Below are positions 10,001 through 19,682 of a stretch of DNA of 64,000 nt, in pieces. The position numbers and the translations under genes were made by a program. The stretch comes from Acutalibacteraceae bacterium (lineage in GTDB: Bacteria > Bacillota > Clostridia > Oscillospirales > Acutalibacteraceae), in contig JAZTZV010000053.1 in the NCBI GenBank assembly GCA_045637645.1, positions 4,417 to 68,416 on the forward strand. The letters are read 5' to 3'. Position 1 is the stretch's first letter; every line of letters starts with the position of its first letter. Under the pieces are notes generated by a model, which was given only the letters and a program-made list of their open reading frames with translations, was not told the DNA's origin and ran no database searches.

Positions 10001-10698
10001 TTCGCAACCTGTCGGCGGCGGATGTGACCGAATCGGTTGAAGCGATGGTTGCAGCTGTGAAGAAGAGCCAAATCATCGCCATTCCCGGTGGTTTCTCGGG
10101 CGGCGACGAGCCCGATGGTTCCGGTAAATTCATCACCGCGTTCTTCCGCAATCCTGCGGTGAAAGACGCTGTGCACGAACTGCTGAATAACCAAGACGGC
10201 TTGATGTGCGGTATCTGCAACGGCTTCCAAGCGTTGATCAAACTTGGCCTCGTGCCGTACGGCAAGATCGTTGACGGCGATGCCAATGCGCCGACCTTGA
10301 CCTTCAACCTCATCGGTCGTCACCAATCTCGCCTTGTGAACACCCGCGTGTGCTCCAACAAGTCTCCGTGGTTGATGTTCAGCGAACCCGGCGATATCCA
10401 TACCGTCGCGATCTCGCACGGTGAGGGTCGTTTCGTGGCAAGCGAAGAGGAGATTCGTCAATTGGCGGCGAACGGTCAAATTGCGACGCAATATGTTGAC
10501 GAGTTCGGCAACCCCACCATGGACATTCGTTACAACCCCAACGGTTCCATGATGGCGATCGAGGGTATCACCTCGCCCGATGGCCGTGTCTTCGGCAAGA
10601 TGGGTCACTCCGAACGCTACGGGGACAGCGTGTACAAGAATGTTGACGGCACCAAGGACAACAAGATGTTTGCCGGTGCTGTGGCGTACTACAAATAA
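7006..10698 (+). CDS. purL: Phosphoribosylformylglycinamidine synthase, single-chain large form
   Basis: 1230 aa, GTG start after AAAGGAGG. FGAM synthase core plus C-terminal glutaminase (GICNGFQ nucleophile, SHGEGRF). Confidence 0.95.
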   Translation: MSVYRLFVEKKPPYAVEAGKLLSEIRSQLLIDSVDSLRLFNRYDVEGIDEALLNATEKTVFSEPQLDDVYTTLPETNGIVFAVEYLPGQFDQRADSCAQCIQIVSQGDRPLVRTARVFVLEGNISDADLAAIKKHVINPVESREASLDTVETLNVTYDVPTAVETLHGFIELNREQLAAFVDQYGLAMDADDIAFCQDYFKSEHRDPTITEIRMIDTYWSDHCRHTTFLTTIDDVTFEDAKVEEAYGDYIAIRKELGRTKPINLMDVATMGMRYLKAKGMLPKLDECEEMNACTVKVDVDVEGETEKWLFLFKNETHNHPTEIEPFGGAATCIGGAIRDPLSGRSYVYQAMRVTGAADPLLPVAETMSGKLPQRTIVTTAAAGYSSYGNQIGLATGQVDEIYHPGYVAKRMEIGAVVGAAPEANVRREVPADGDIVVLLGGRTGRDGCGGATGSSKSHTLGSLETCGAEVQKGNAPEERKLQRLFRNPEATRLIKRCNDFGAGGVSVAIGELADGLTIDLNAVPKKYEGLDGTELAISESQERMAVVLDPKDVDAFVALAHSENLEATIVARVTENPRLVMHWNGKGIVDLSREFLNSNGAEKHVKVHVSAPKAIARAVSGNFADNANALATDLNVCSKRGLSERFDATIGASTVLMPFGGKYQMTPAQMMAAKLPVEGKETTTCSAMAYGYNPFITENDPFVGAYLAVVESVSKLVAGGTGLENAYLTFQEYFERVNFEPARWGKPLSALLGAMKAQTDLGLASIGGKDSMSGSFEKIDVPPTLVSFAVSVCSTKTITSAEFKKAGSTVCYLEPTYLADGRPAIESLREVYETVSKLIAEGKVLACSTATYGGVAEAVLKMTLGNRIGLAMNDIDMDTLFGYRYGAFVLELAEDVESVGKVLGTTTEAYEVTYGDEVVDMTAWQAAYENKLEPVYACNIDFDKAPIPAYTFAAKERVAPAIKVAKPRVLIPVFPGTNCEYDTAKAFARAGAEPEILVVRNLSAADVTESVEAMVAAVKKSQIIAIPGGFSGGDEPDGSGKFITAFFRNPAVKDAVHELLNNQDGLMCGICNGFQALIKLGLVPYGKIVDGDANAPTLTFNLIGRHQSRLVNTRVCSNKSPWLMFSEPGDIHTVAISHGEGRFVASEEEIRQLAANGQIATQYVDEFGNPTMDIRYNPNGSMMAIEGITSPDGRVFGKMGHSERYGDSVYKNVDGTKDNKMFAGAVAYYK

Positions 10699-10702
10699 TA
10701 AA

Positions 10703-10746
10703 AAATCCCTTCCGAACCGATCGGTTCGGAAGGGATTTCGTTTTGT
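10703..10746 (+). terminator. Rho-independent terminator of the pur operon
   Basis: Perfect 16-bp palindrome AAATCCCTTCCGAACC/GGTTCGGAAGGGATTT followed by a T-rich run. Confidence 0.85.
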
Positions 10747-10826
10747 TAAGCTGACGAGAGTCGAACTATTTGCGGTTTCGCTTGTCGCTTGTATCCGTGC
10801 GGGTTTGCGCTCGCTTTTGCAAGGCG

Positions 10827-11249
10827 TTAAGCAATGCCTGCAAGGGCTTGCGTACTGGCGACGTATTGTGACATGGTGGTCGTGATCAAAATTCCCGAGA
10901 AGATCACGATGAATATCGAACAGCAAATGACGAAGATCGTTTTGCCTTTTTTGGTTTCGTAAATAAACTGTGAGATAATACCGATCAACACACACGAAAC
11001 GATGGCGGCGATTAAGTCAATGACAATGCGGGTTTGAAACGGCGATGCAAAGGGGAGGGTGAGTTCCAATCCTCTTGCCAAAATACCGCTGAACATATGC
11101 ACAAGCGGCGGGATCGCCATCGGCAGCACCGCCACCGCATAGCCGTTTTTCTTACTTCTCCAAAATACAAGCGACATCACACCGAGGATGATCGCGGTTG
11201 CCCAACAAGCGAATACAAGTCTGCTGTCTGTTGTGACCATGAAATTCAT
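10827..11249 (-). CDS. Hypothetical small integral membrane protein
   Basis: Start moved to MNFMVTT (AAGGAG RBS). About 140 aa, about four hydrophobic helices; I recognise no family. Confidence 0.6.
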   Translation of the reverse strand: MNFMVTTDSRLVFACWATAIILGVMSLVFWRSKKNGYAVAVLPMAIPPLVHMFSGILARGLELTLPFASPFQTRIVIDLIAAIVSCVLIGIISQFIYETKKGKTIFVICCSIFIVIFSGILITTTMSQYVASTQALAGIA

Positions 11250-11316
11250 CAGCTCCTTTGAACATATTGTACCGCGAAGGAAGATTTTTGTCAACGCTCG
11301 TAAAGGAATAACCACA

Positions 11317-11350
11317 AAAGAAAAAAGGCTGTCTCGAAAGAGACAGCCTT
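11317..11350 (-). terminator. Terminator of rpsF-ssb-rpsR
   Basis: AAGGCTGTCTC-GAAA-GAGACAGCCTT hairpin, followed on the minus strand by TTTTTTCTTTT. Confidence 0.8.
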
Positions 11351-11362
11351 TTGTGCCGTGAA

Positions 11363-11617
11363 TTAGTCGCTGATGAAAGGCATCAAAGCGATTTGGCGAG
11401 CACGCTTGATCGCGACGGTGAGCTCGCGTTGGTGACGAGCGCAGGTGCCGGTCACGCGGCGGGGAAGGATCTTCGCACGCTCAGACACAAAGTTGCGCAG
11501 ACGAGCCACGTCTTTGTAGTCGATGGTTTCGATCTTATCGGCGCAGAAGCGGCAGACCTTGCGGCGGCCCTTGCGGCCGTTGCGCGGACGCTCAGGGCGT
11601 TCGGTTCTTTCAGCCAT
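11363..11617 (-). CDS. rpsR: 30S ribosomal protein S18
   Basis: 84 aa. CRFC...IDYKD...[15 protein letters not shown]...HQREL is the typical S18 sequence. Confidence 0.95.
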   Translation of the reverse strand: MAERTERPERPRNGRKGRRKVCRFCADKIETIDYKDVARLRNFVSERAKILPRRVTGTCARHQRELTVAIKRARQIALMPFISD

Positions 11618-11643
11618 GGCTAAAAAGCCTCCTTTTTCAATAA

Positions 11644-12135
11644 TTAGAACGGGAGATCGTCGTCGTTGATAATCTCCTCAAAATCGCTGGGAGCCGCAGT
11701 AGCGAAAGCCGTGGGGGCTTCGTTGTATTGCGGAACTTGGGAGTCAAAGGACGGAGCGGATTGATAACCGCCTTGATAGCCACCCGTGGGGTAGCCTTGT
11801 TGATAACCGCCGTTTTGCGATTTCGACTCCGCGAAAAAGACATTGTCGGCAACGACTTCGTACGCCGTACGATTGTTACCTTCTTTGTCGACGTAGCGAC
11901 GGGACTGCAAAGTACCGGTGAGCGCGAGACGTTGACCCTTATGGAAATAGCGGGTCACGAATTCCGCGGTCTGGCGCCAAGCAACAACGTTGATGAAGTC
12001 GGCTTGACGTTCTTGTCCCTTCGGCTGATAGGCGCGGTCGACAGCCAGCGTGAAGCTGGTGACGGGCACCTGACTTTGAGTGTGACGCAGTTCGGGATCA
12101 GCCGTCAAACGGCCGAGCAGACAAATCATATTCAT
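11644..12135 (-). CDS. ssb: Single-stranded DNA-binding protein
   Basis: 163 aa. OB-fold N-terminus, Gly/Gln-rich linker, acidic tip DDDLPF; lies between rpsF and rpsR. Confidence 0.95.
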   Translation of the reverse strand: MNMICLLGRLTADPELRHTQSQVPVTSFTLAVDRAYQPKGQERQADFINVVAWRQTAEFVTRYFHKGQRLALTGTLQSRRYVDKEGNNRTAYEVVADNVFFAESKSQNGGYQQGYPTGGYQGGYQSAPSFDSQVPQYNEAPTAFATAAPSDFEEIINDDDLPF

Positions 12136-12151
12136 GGTATTTGTCCTCCTC

Positions 12152-12445
12152 TTACGCGTCCTTGCGGATGATCATCGTGCGGAGCACGCCGTCGGTGATC
12201 TTCGCGATACGGTCAAGCTCGGCGGGGAACTCGGGCGTAGCCGTGAAGTTGTAGAGCACATAGAAGCCGTCCGCCTCATCATTGATGAGATACGCCAGAC
12301 GACGCTTGCCCCACTCCTCGACTTCACCGATTTCCGCGTTTTGCTCGATCAGCGTCTGGAACTTCTCCTTGAGGGCGTTGAGCTCGTCCTCCGCTTTCAC
12401 AGAGTAAATGAACACGGCCTCGTAGGAACCTTTAACTGTGGGCAT
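12152..12445 (-). CDS. rpsF: 30S ribosomal protein S6
   Basis: Start moved to MPTVKGSYEAVFIY (GAGGAGG RBS), 97 aa. The longer tracked ORF has no support. Confidence 0.93.
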   Translation of the reverse strand: MPTVKGSYEAVFIYSVKAEDELNALKEKFQTLIEQNAEIGEVEEWGKRRLAYLINDEADGFYVLYNFTATPEFPAELDRIAKITDGVLRTMIIRKDA

Positions 12446-12521
12446 ATTGGCACCTCCTCTTGGTCTGATGGCCCCGTCGCATTCGGACGGAGCAAGGATT
12501 CTTATGCGTTTTTGCACAAGC
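12446..12521 (-). promoter_or_regulatory. rpsF 5' UTR with hairpin (possible S6:S18 autoregulatory leader)
   Basis: About 75-nt UTR between a consensus promoter and the RBS; hairpin CCGUC-CGAAUGC-GACGG. The class assignment is an inference. Confidence 0.35.
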
Positions 12522-12527
12522 GTAGAT

Positions 12528-12556
12528 ATTATACCAGTAAAAACGACGTTCGTCAA
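12528..12556 (-). promoter_or_regulatory. Sigma-70/SigA promoter of rpsF operon
   Basis: Minus strand TTGACG, 17 nt, TATAAT. Confidence 0.8.
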
Positions 12557-12612
12557 GTCTTTTTTACAAAGAAAATTCATGATATACTGATTAAGAAAAG
12601 GAGTGAGTGCAT

Positions 12613-12828
12613 ATGCATATACAACACGGACGATATCGTCATTTTAAAGGCAACGAATATGAGGTGATCGCGGTTGCGAAACATTCCGAAACGCTTGAGG
12701 AGATGGTTGTGTACAAAGCGTTGTACGGTGACTTTGGTGTGTGGGTGCGTCCTGCTTCGATGTGGAACGAACAAGTCGAGCACAACGGCGTGATCGTGAA
12801 TCGCTTTACGTACATCGACGAAACATAA
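12613..12828 (+). CDS. DUF1653 domain protein
   Basis: 71 aa. GRYRHFKGNEYEV...LYGDFGVWVRP is the DUF1653 pattern; ATG at 12613 follows AAAAGGAG. Confidence 0.7.
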   Translation: MHIQHGRYRHFKGNEYEVIAVAKHSETLEEMVVYKALYGDFGVWVRPASMWNEQVEHNGVIVNRFTYIDET

Positions 12829-12910
12829 AAGTTTAAAAAGGATTTGCGGATTATTCATACATTCGCCGTGCATGATACGATATAGTAGAATCAGAAAAAG
12901 GGGTGAATGT

Positions 12911-13663
12911 ATGAAATCCAAAAAACGGTTTCGAACGAAGATCGAATTGGTCTTGTACGTGCTCGTCGCCATTACGATTGTGCGTCAAGGCATTCTCGGG
13001 AATTATCAAAATATGTTTCTCGGGGTTTTGACGTTGTTATTGTTTTCAATCCCGAAAATGATCGATCGTAAATTGGGTGTCAGCATCCCTGTTGTGTTGG
13101 AAACGGTGGTATTGCTGTTTATTTTTTCGGCGGAGATTTTGGGCGAGATCAATGCGTTTTATGTTAAGATCCCGATTTGGGATACCCTGTTGCACACGAC
13201 GAACGGCTTTTTGATGGCAGCGGTCGGATTTTCTCTCATCGATATTTTTAACCGAAGCGAACGGTTTTCGATGAAAATGTCGCCGTATTTTGTGGCGTTC
13301 ACGGCGTTTTGCTTTTCCATGACCGTCGGAGTGATGTGGGAATTCTTCGAATTCGGCATGGATCTGGTATTTCACACCGATATGCAAAAGGATTGGATCA
13401 TCACAACGGTCAACACGGTGATGCTCGATCCGAACGGCGGCAATCAGGTGATTACCGTACCGATCGATTCACTGACAGTCAACGGCGATGCGTGGAATCT
13501 CGGCGGCTATTTGGATATCGGTTTGATCGATACGATGAAGGATTTACTTGTGAATTTTGCGGGTGCCGTGGTGTTTTCGGTGATCGGTACGCTTTATCTC
13601 AAGCAACGCGGGAACGGCAAGCTTGCGGCATCGTTCATACCGACTGTCAAAGAAAATATATAA
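12911..13663 (+). CDS. Integral membrane protein (YjdF/DUF2238-like, tentative)
   Basis: Start at MKSKK after AAAAGGGG. 250 aa, multiple TM helices, WDTLLHTTNGF and MWEFFEFGMD motifs. Confidence 0.6.
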   Translation: MKSKKRFRTKIELVLYVLVAITIVRQGILGNYQNMFLGVLTLLLFSIPKMIDRKLGVSIPVVLETVVLLFIFSAEILGEINAFYVKIPIWDTLLHTTNGFLMAAVGFSLIDIFNRSERFSMKMSPYFVAFTAFCFSMTVGVMWEFFEFGMDLVFHTDMQKDWIITTVNTVMLDPNGGNQVITVPIDSLTVNGDAWNLGGYLDIGLIDTMKDLLVNFAGAVVFSVIGTLYLKQRGNGKLAASFIPTVKENI

Positions 13664-13707
13664 AAAACACACCTCGCAGATTGCGAGGTGTGTTTTGTTT
13701 TGTGGGA

Positions 13708-15252
<1,545 letters not shown>

Positions 15253-15450
15253 TTATTCCGCTGCGTTTTCTTCGGTATCACAGTCGCAAACGCACTCGGT
15301 CTCGTCGCAAGAACCGCAATCATAGATCGGCTCAGAGAGCTTCGCGGCCTTTTGGCGATGACGAAGATACAGCACGACGATAGTCGTAGCCGCGGCAACC
15401 GCTGCTGCGATGATGGCAACCAAGATCCAACCATGTTTGTCTTTTTTCAT
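15253..15450 (-). CDS. Small membrane-anchored protein with acidic Cys-rich tail
   Basis: 65 aa from MKKDKHGW (GGAGG RBS). One TM helix, then DCGSCDETECVCDCDTEE; has its own promoter. Confidence 0.5.
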   Translation of the reverse strand: MKKDKHGWILVAIIAAAVAAATTIVVLYLRHRQKAAKLSEPIYDCGSCDETECVCDCDTEENAAE

Positions 15451-15531
15451 GGGTGTCAACCTCCTGTGATATCGTGCGATGAGATGCTGTGATTTATGCA
15501 CCTAAAGCACTACATAAATTTATTACTATGT

Positions 15532-15560
15532 ATAATACACGTTTTTGAGGGAGAAGTCAA
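15532..15560 (-). promoter_or_regulatory. Promoter of the small Cys-rich protein gene
   Basis: Minus strand TTGACT, 17 nt, TATTAT. Confidence 0.6.
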
Positions 15561-15587
15561 GCGGTTTTGCGAGGTTTTTTCCGGAAA

Positions 15588-16730
15588 TTACAGATTGTTG
15601 ACCTTCACTTCACCCTTGACAACAACCAGCTTGATCTCGAGGTCTTTATCGAGCACAACCATGTCTGCGTATTTGCCGACTTGGATCGAACCGGTCTTGT
15701 CGTCAACGCGGATCGCCTTAGCGGGGTTGATGGTCGCGGATTTGACAGCCTGCTTGAAGGGAATGCCGTAAGAAACGACGTTTTTGAACTCCTCGTGGAT
15801 GTTCGAGGTGGAAGCGGCGATGGTACCGTCTTCGAGGAGCGCTTTGCCGTCCTTGACGTAAACGGGTTGACCGCCGAGATCGTACACGCCGTCCACGTGA
15901 CCCGCGGCTTTCATCGAATCACTGACGATGACCGAGCCGTCTTCGCCGAGTTGATGGAACGCGATGCGAAGCGCGGTGGGATGAATGTGGAAGCCGTCGC
16001 AGATCAGCTCGCCGCGTACACCGTAGCGTTGTGCCGCGTCGAAGGTTGCGCCGACCACACCGGGGGCGCGATGGGTCAAACCGCTCATCGCGTTGTAAAG
16101 GTGAGTCGTGTGACGCACACCCCATTCAACCGCCTTCATGGCTTCGTCGTAGTTCGCCGAAGTGTGTGCGGTGGAAACGGGGCAATAGGGTTGCACTTCT
16201 TTGATGAATTCTTCGGCACCGTCACATTCGGGTGCGATGTCGACGACCGAGATGCAACCGCCGCATCCGTCATACAGCTTTTTGAACTCGTCCTTATCGG
16301 GGTTGCGGACATACGCGCCGTTTTGCGCGCCTTTTTTCGCCATGGAGATGTAGGGGCCTTCCATGTTGATGCCGTGAATGTACGCGCCCGAAACCTTGTC
16401 TTTGTTTTCCGCCACGTTGGCGAAGATCTTTTGAAGCTCTTCAAAGCCGAGGGTCATCGAGGTGGGGCAGAACGAGGTAACGCCGCGCTTGACGAGAAGC
16501 GCCGACATGGCTTCGAGAGCCTCGGGAGTCGCGTCGCCGGTGTCGGCGCCCGCACAACCGTGAATGTGCATATCAATGAAGCCGGGAAGCACGGTGTAGC
16601 CGGTCAAATCGTAAACTTCGCCCGATGCGGTCACGTCACCGATGGCGGTGATGATCTCGCCTTCAACAGCAACATCGGCGCGGATGGGTTCAAACATTTC
16701 GTTGTAAACAACAGCGTTTTTTAACAGCAT
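15588..16730 (-). CDS. nagA: N-acetylglucosamine-6-phosphate deacetylase
   Basis: Start at MLLKNAVV (GAAAGGA RBS), 380 aa. FIDMHIHG, HLYNAMS, amidohydrolase fold. Confidence 0.88.
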   Translation of the reverse strand: MLLKNAVVYNEMFEPIRADVAVEGEIITAIGDVTASGEVYDLTGYTVLPGFIDMHIHGCAGADTGDATPEALEAMSALLVKRGVTSFCPTSMTLGFEELQKIFANVAENKDKVSGAYIHGINMEGPYISMAKKGAQNGAYVRNPDKDEFKKLYDGCGGCISVVDIAPECDGAEEFIKEVQPYCPVSTAHTSANYDEAMKAVEWGVRHTTHLYNAMSGLTHRAPGVVGATFDAAQRYGVRGELICDGFHIHPTALRIAFHQLGEDGSVIVSDSMKAAGHVDGVYDLGGQPVYVKDGKALLEDGTIAASTSNIHEEFKNVVSYGIPFKQAVKSATINPAKAIRVDDKTGSIQVGKYADMVVLDKDLEIKLVVVKGEVKVNNL

Positions 16731-16973
16731 GGTATAACGTCCTTTCATGTAAAAAATAATCGAACTCTTACACTTCAAATTATACTGTTTCAACCTTAAA
16801 TTACAACGCAAAAAAAGTCGCTGTGTTTGCACTTTTGGACGAGCAACTGTACGTTTCGGTCTTGTTTCGGCGTTCCTTACAACGCAAAAACGCCGAATAT
16901 TTGTGCATGTTGTATAACTACGCCGACAAAAAGTTTTGATAATAGAAAGATTTTATATATTTTTCATAATCTA

Positions 16974-17002
16974 TTGCAAAACGGGGTTGCTTCGTGTATA
17001 AT
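16974..17002 (+). promoter_or_regulatory. Promoter of glgP
   Basis: TTGCAA, 17 nt, TATAAT. Confidence 0.7.
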
Positions 17003-17087
17003 ATAAACGCATTTTTATAAACTTCCAACCGTTTTCGAATCAAATTCGAAGCGGATGACAGTATTTCAGAAAGGCGTGTGAACGGAC

Positions 17088-19634
17088 GTGAGCAGCGAAA
17101 CCACCAAAAAAACCGCTAAAGCCAAAACCGAAACCGCAAAGAAACCTGCGGCGAAAAAAGCCACCACCAAAACGGCGGCGAAGAAGCCCGCTCAAAAGAA
17201 GACGGAGACCAAGAAAGTCACCCGTCCCCAATTGACCCTCGGCGAGGAATTGAATGCCAAATTGTTGCACAATTTCTCGGTACAACCGGAACATGCGACG
17301 GACGAAAATTGGTACAACGCCTTGGCGCTTGTGCTCCGTGATCGTATGCGTCGTGAACGCGTGAATTACATCTCCAACGCGCACAAGCAAGATTCCAAGC
17401 AAGTGTATTATCTGTGCATGGAATTTTTGATGGGTCGTTCTTTGAAGAACACCCTGTTTAACATGAATTTGACTGCGGAAGCGGAAAAGGAACTCAAGAA
17501 ATACGGCGTCAAGCTCAGCAACCTGTATGAGCTCGAGCCCGATGCCGGTCTCGGCAACGGCGGCCTCGTCCGTTTGGCGGCTTGCTTCCTTGACGGTCTG
17601 GCGACTTCGTCCATTCCCGCCATCGGTTATTCGCTTCTGTACGAATACGGCATCTTGCGTCAAAAGCTGGTTGACGGCTGGCAGATGGAAACGCCCGACT
17701 TCTGGTTGCCCGGCGGCGAATGCTGGCTGTTGCCGCGTCCCGAGCTTGCCAAGGAAGTGCGCTTCGACGGCAATATCAAAGAATGGTGGGACAACGGCTT
17801 CCACCACATTGAGCATGAAAATGCAACCGTGATCATCGCGCAACCCTATGACTTGATGGTCGCGGGTAAAGACGGTCGCGGTGTGTCAACTCTGCGTTTG
17901 TGGCGTTCGACCGCCCCCGGCATGGATATGTCTCTCTTCAACCAAGGCGAGTATATGCGCGCCATGGAGCAAAAGGCGATGGCGGAAATCATCACCCAAG
18001 TGCTCTATCCCGCGGATAATCATCGCGAAGGTAAATCCCTGCGTTTGTCGCAACAATATTTCCTTGTGTCGGCGTCGGTGCAAGACATCGTGCAACGTCA
18101 CCTGCAAGAATACGGTACGCTTGACAACCTGCCCGAGATGGCGGCGATCCACATTAACGATACCCACCCGACCATGGCGATCCCCGAGTTGATGCGCATT
18201 ATGCTCGACGAGTGCGGTTATACGTGGGAGGATGCATGGAGCATCATCACCCGCACTATGGCGTACACCAACCACACCGTTATGGCGGAAGCGCTTGAGT
18301 GCTGGCCCGAAGACCTGTTCCGTCAACGCCTGCCGCGTATCCATCAAATTGTGTGTGAGATCAACAACCGTTTCCGCGCGGAAATGATGGAAAAGACGAA
18401 CAACGACGTGCAAAAGGTCGACCGCATGGCGATCCTCAACTACGGTCTTGTTAAAATGGCAAACCTCTGTGTGGCGGGTTCTCACTCGGTCAACGGCGTG
18501 TCGCAACTCCACAGCGAGATCATCAAAGACTCGGTCTTCCACGATGCCTATACCGTGATGCCCGAGAAGTTTAAGAATGTTACCAACGGCATCGCGCATC
18601 GCCGCTGGTTGTGCCAAGCCAACCCCGAGCTGACCTCGTTCATTAAGGATAAGATCGGCGACGGCTTCATCATTGATGCCGCCGAACTTGAAGGCTTGCG
18701 TAAGTATGCGGACGATGAGACTGCGCTTCGCGATTTCATGGCGATCAAACGCCGCAACAAAGAGCGCCTCGCCAAATACGTCAAGGCTCATAACGGTATC
18801 ACGCTTGATCCCGATTCGATCTTCGACGTGCAGGTCAAGCGTTTGCACGAGTATAAGAGACAACATCTGAATGCGTTGCACATCCTGCACACCTATCTGA
18901 TGCTCAAGGAAAATCCGAACATGGATTTCCAACCCCGCACCTACATCTTCGGCGCGAAGTCTGCTCCCGGCTACTATCTCGCCAAGGAGATCATCCGTTT
19001 CATCTACATGCTCGGTCAAGAGATCGAAAAGGATCCGGTCATCCGCGAAAAACTCAAGATCGTCTATCTTGAGGATTACCGCGTGTCTCTTGCGGAACTT
19101 CTCATGCCCAGCGCCGACATCAGTGAGCAAATCTCGCTGGCAGGCACCGAGGCGAGCGGTACGGGCAACATGAAGCTGATGATGAACGGTGCCATCACCC
19201 TCGGCACCATGGACGGCGCGAACGTCGAGATTTATGACGCGGTCGGTGCCGACAACATCTTCATCTTCGGTATGTCTTCCGAGGAAGTCGAAAACCTCAA
19301 ACGCACGGGCTATAACCCGCAAATGCTCTTCAACAGCAACCCGAACCTGCATCGTGCGATCGACACGATGTTCCAAGGCTTCGGCGGCCGTCAATTCGGC
19401 GAAATTGCGGGTTCGCTCATCAACCGCGATCCCTACATGGTGCTTGCCGACTTCGAGGATTATTGCCGCGTGCAAGCGGAATCCGCAAGTGTCTACACCG
19501 ACAAGCTTGCGTGGGCGAAGAAGGCTCTTCTCAACACGGCGGGCAGCGGTATCTTCGCTTCCGATCGTTCCATCCAAGATTATTCCGATCGCATCTGGCA
19601 TTGCCGTCCCGTCACCGGTATGGGCAAGAAATAA
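17088..19634 (+). CDS. glgP: Alpha-glucan (glycogen/maltodextrin) phosphorylase with Lys/Ala/Thr-rich N-terminal extension
   Basis: 848 aa, GTG start. GT35 motifs LGNGGLVRLAACFLD and EASGTGNMKLMMNG (PLP Lys). The start codon is uncertain because the RBS is weak. Confidence 0.9.
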   Translation: MSSETTKKTAKAKTETAKKPAAKKATTKTAAKKPAQKKTETKKVTRPQLTLGEELNAKLLHNFSVQPEHATDENWYNALALVLRDRMRRERVNYISNAHKQDSKQVYYLCMEFLMGRSLKNTLFNMNLTAEAEKELKKYGVKLSNLYELEPDAGLGNGGLVRLAACFLDGLATSSIPAIGYSLLYEYGILRQKLVDGWQMETPDFWLPGGECWLLPRPELAKEVRFDGNIKEWWDNGFHHIEHENATVIIAQPYDLMVAGKDGRGVSTLRLWRSTAPGMDMSLFNQGEYMRAMEQKAMAEIITQVLYPADNHREGKSLRLSQQYFLVSASVQDIVQRHLQEYGTLDNLPEMAAIHINDTHPTMAIPELMRIMLDECGYTWEDAWSIITRTMAYTNHTVMAEALECWPEDLFRQRLPRIHQIVCEINNRFRAEMMEKTNNDVQKVDRMAILNYGLVKMANLCVAGSHSVNGVSQLHSEIIKDSVFHDAYTVMPEKFKNVTNGIAHRRWLCQANPELTSFIKDKIGDGFIIDAAELEGLRKYADDETALRDFMAIKRRNKERLAKYVKAHNGITLDPDSIFDVQVKRLHEYKRQHLNALHILHTYLMLKENPNMDFQPRTYIFGAKSAPGYYLAKEIIRFIYMLGQEIEKDPVIREKLKIVYLEDYRVSLAELLMPSADISEQISLAGTEASGTGNMKLMMNGAITLGTMDGANVEIYDAVGADNIFIFGMSSEEVENLKRTGYNPQMLFNSNPNLHRAIDTMFQGFGGRQFGEIAGSLINRDPYMVLADFEDYCRVQAESASVYTDKLAWAKKALLNTAGSGIFASDRSIQDYSDRIWHCRPVTGMGKK

Positions 19635-19643
19635 GATGTCTTG

Positions 19644-19679
19644 AAAAATCCCCTGCGAGTTTCGCAGGGGATTTTTTGT
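19644..19679. terminator. Bidirectional terminator between glgP and the anti-sigma gene
   Basis: AAATCCCCTGCG / CGCAGGGGATTT hairpin flanked by A-run and T-run. Confidence 0.85.
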
Positions 19680-19682
19680 TCT

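Noticed and set aside
6982-10995. 1337-aa ORF antisense to purL. Similar long antisense ORFs: 4478-7000, 634-1893, 3003-4283, 13309-15150, 17886-19601, 34700-36064, 56854-58620, 58571-59887, 60357-61511.
   Set aside because: These are mirror-frame artefacts of GC-rich coding DNA. Their translations are low-complexity Arg/His/Asp/Gly/Val-rich strings with no motifs or RBS. The opposite strand encodes full-length, motif-rich housekeeping proteins.
10827-11315. Longer 5' extensions of several tracked ORFs, e.g. 11315, 12580, 16832, 22162, 23438, 31754, 46741, 48105, 53927 and 54568.
   Set aside because: The upstream extensions overlap neighbouring genes or promoters and lack an RBS. Internal starts sit 5-10 nt after GGAGG-like sites and restore family-typical N-termini.
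11363-12445. ssb as a marker of a phage or mobile element.
   Set aside because: It is embedded in the canonical rpsF-ssb-rpsR operon, with one promoter and one terminator and host-like composition.
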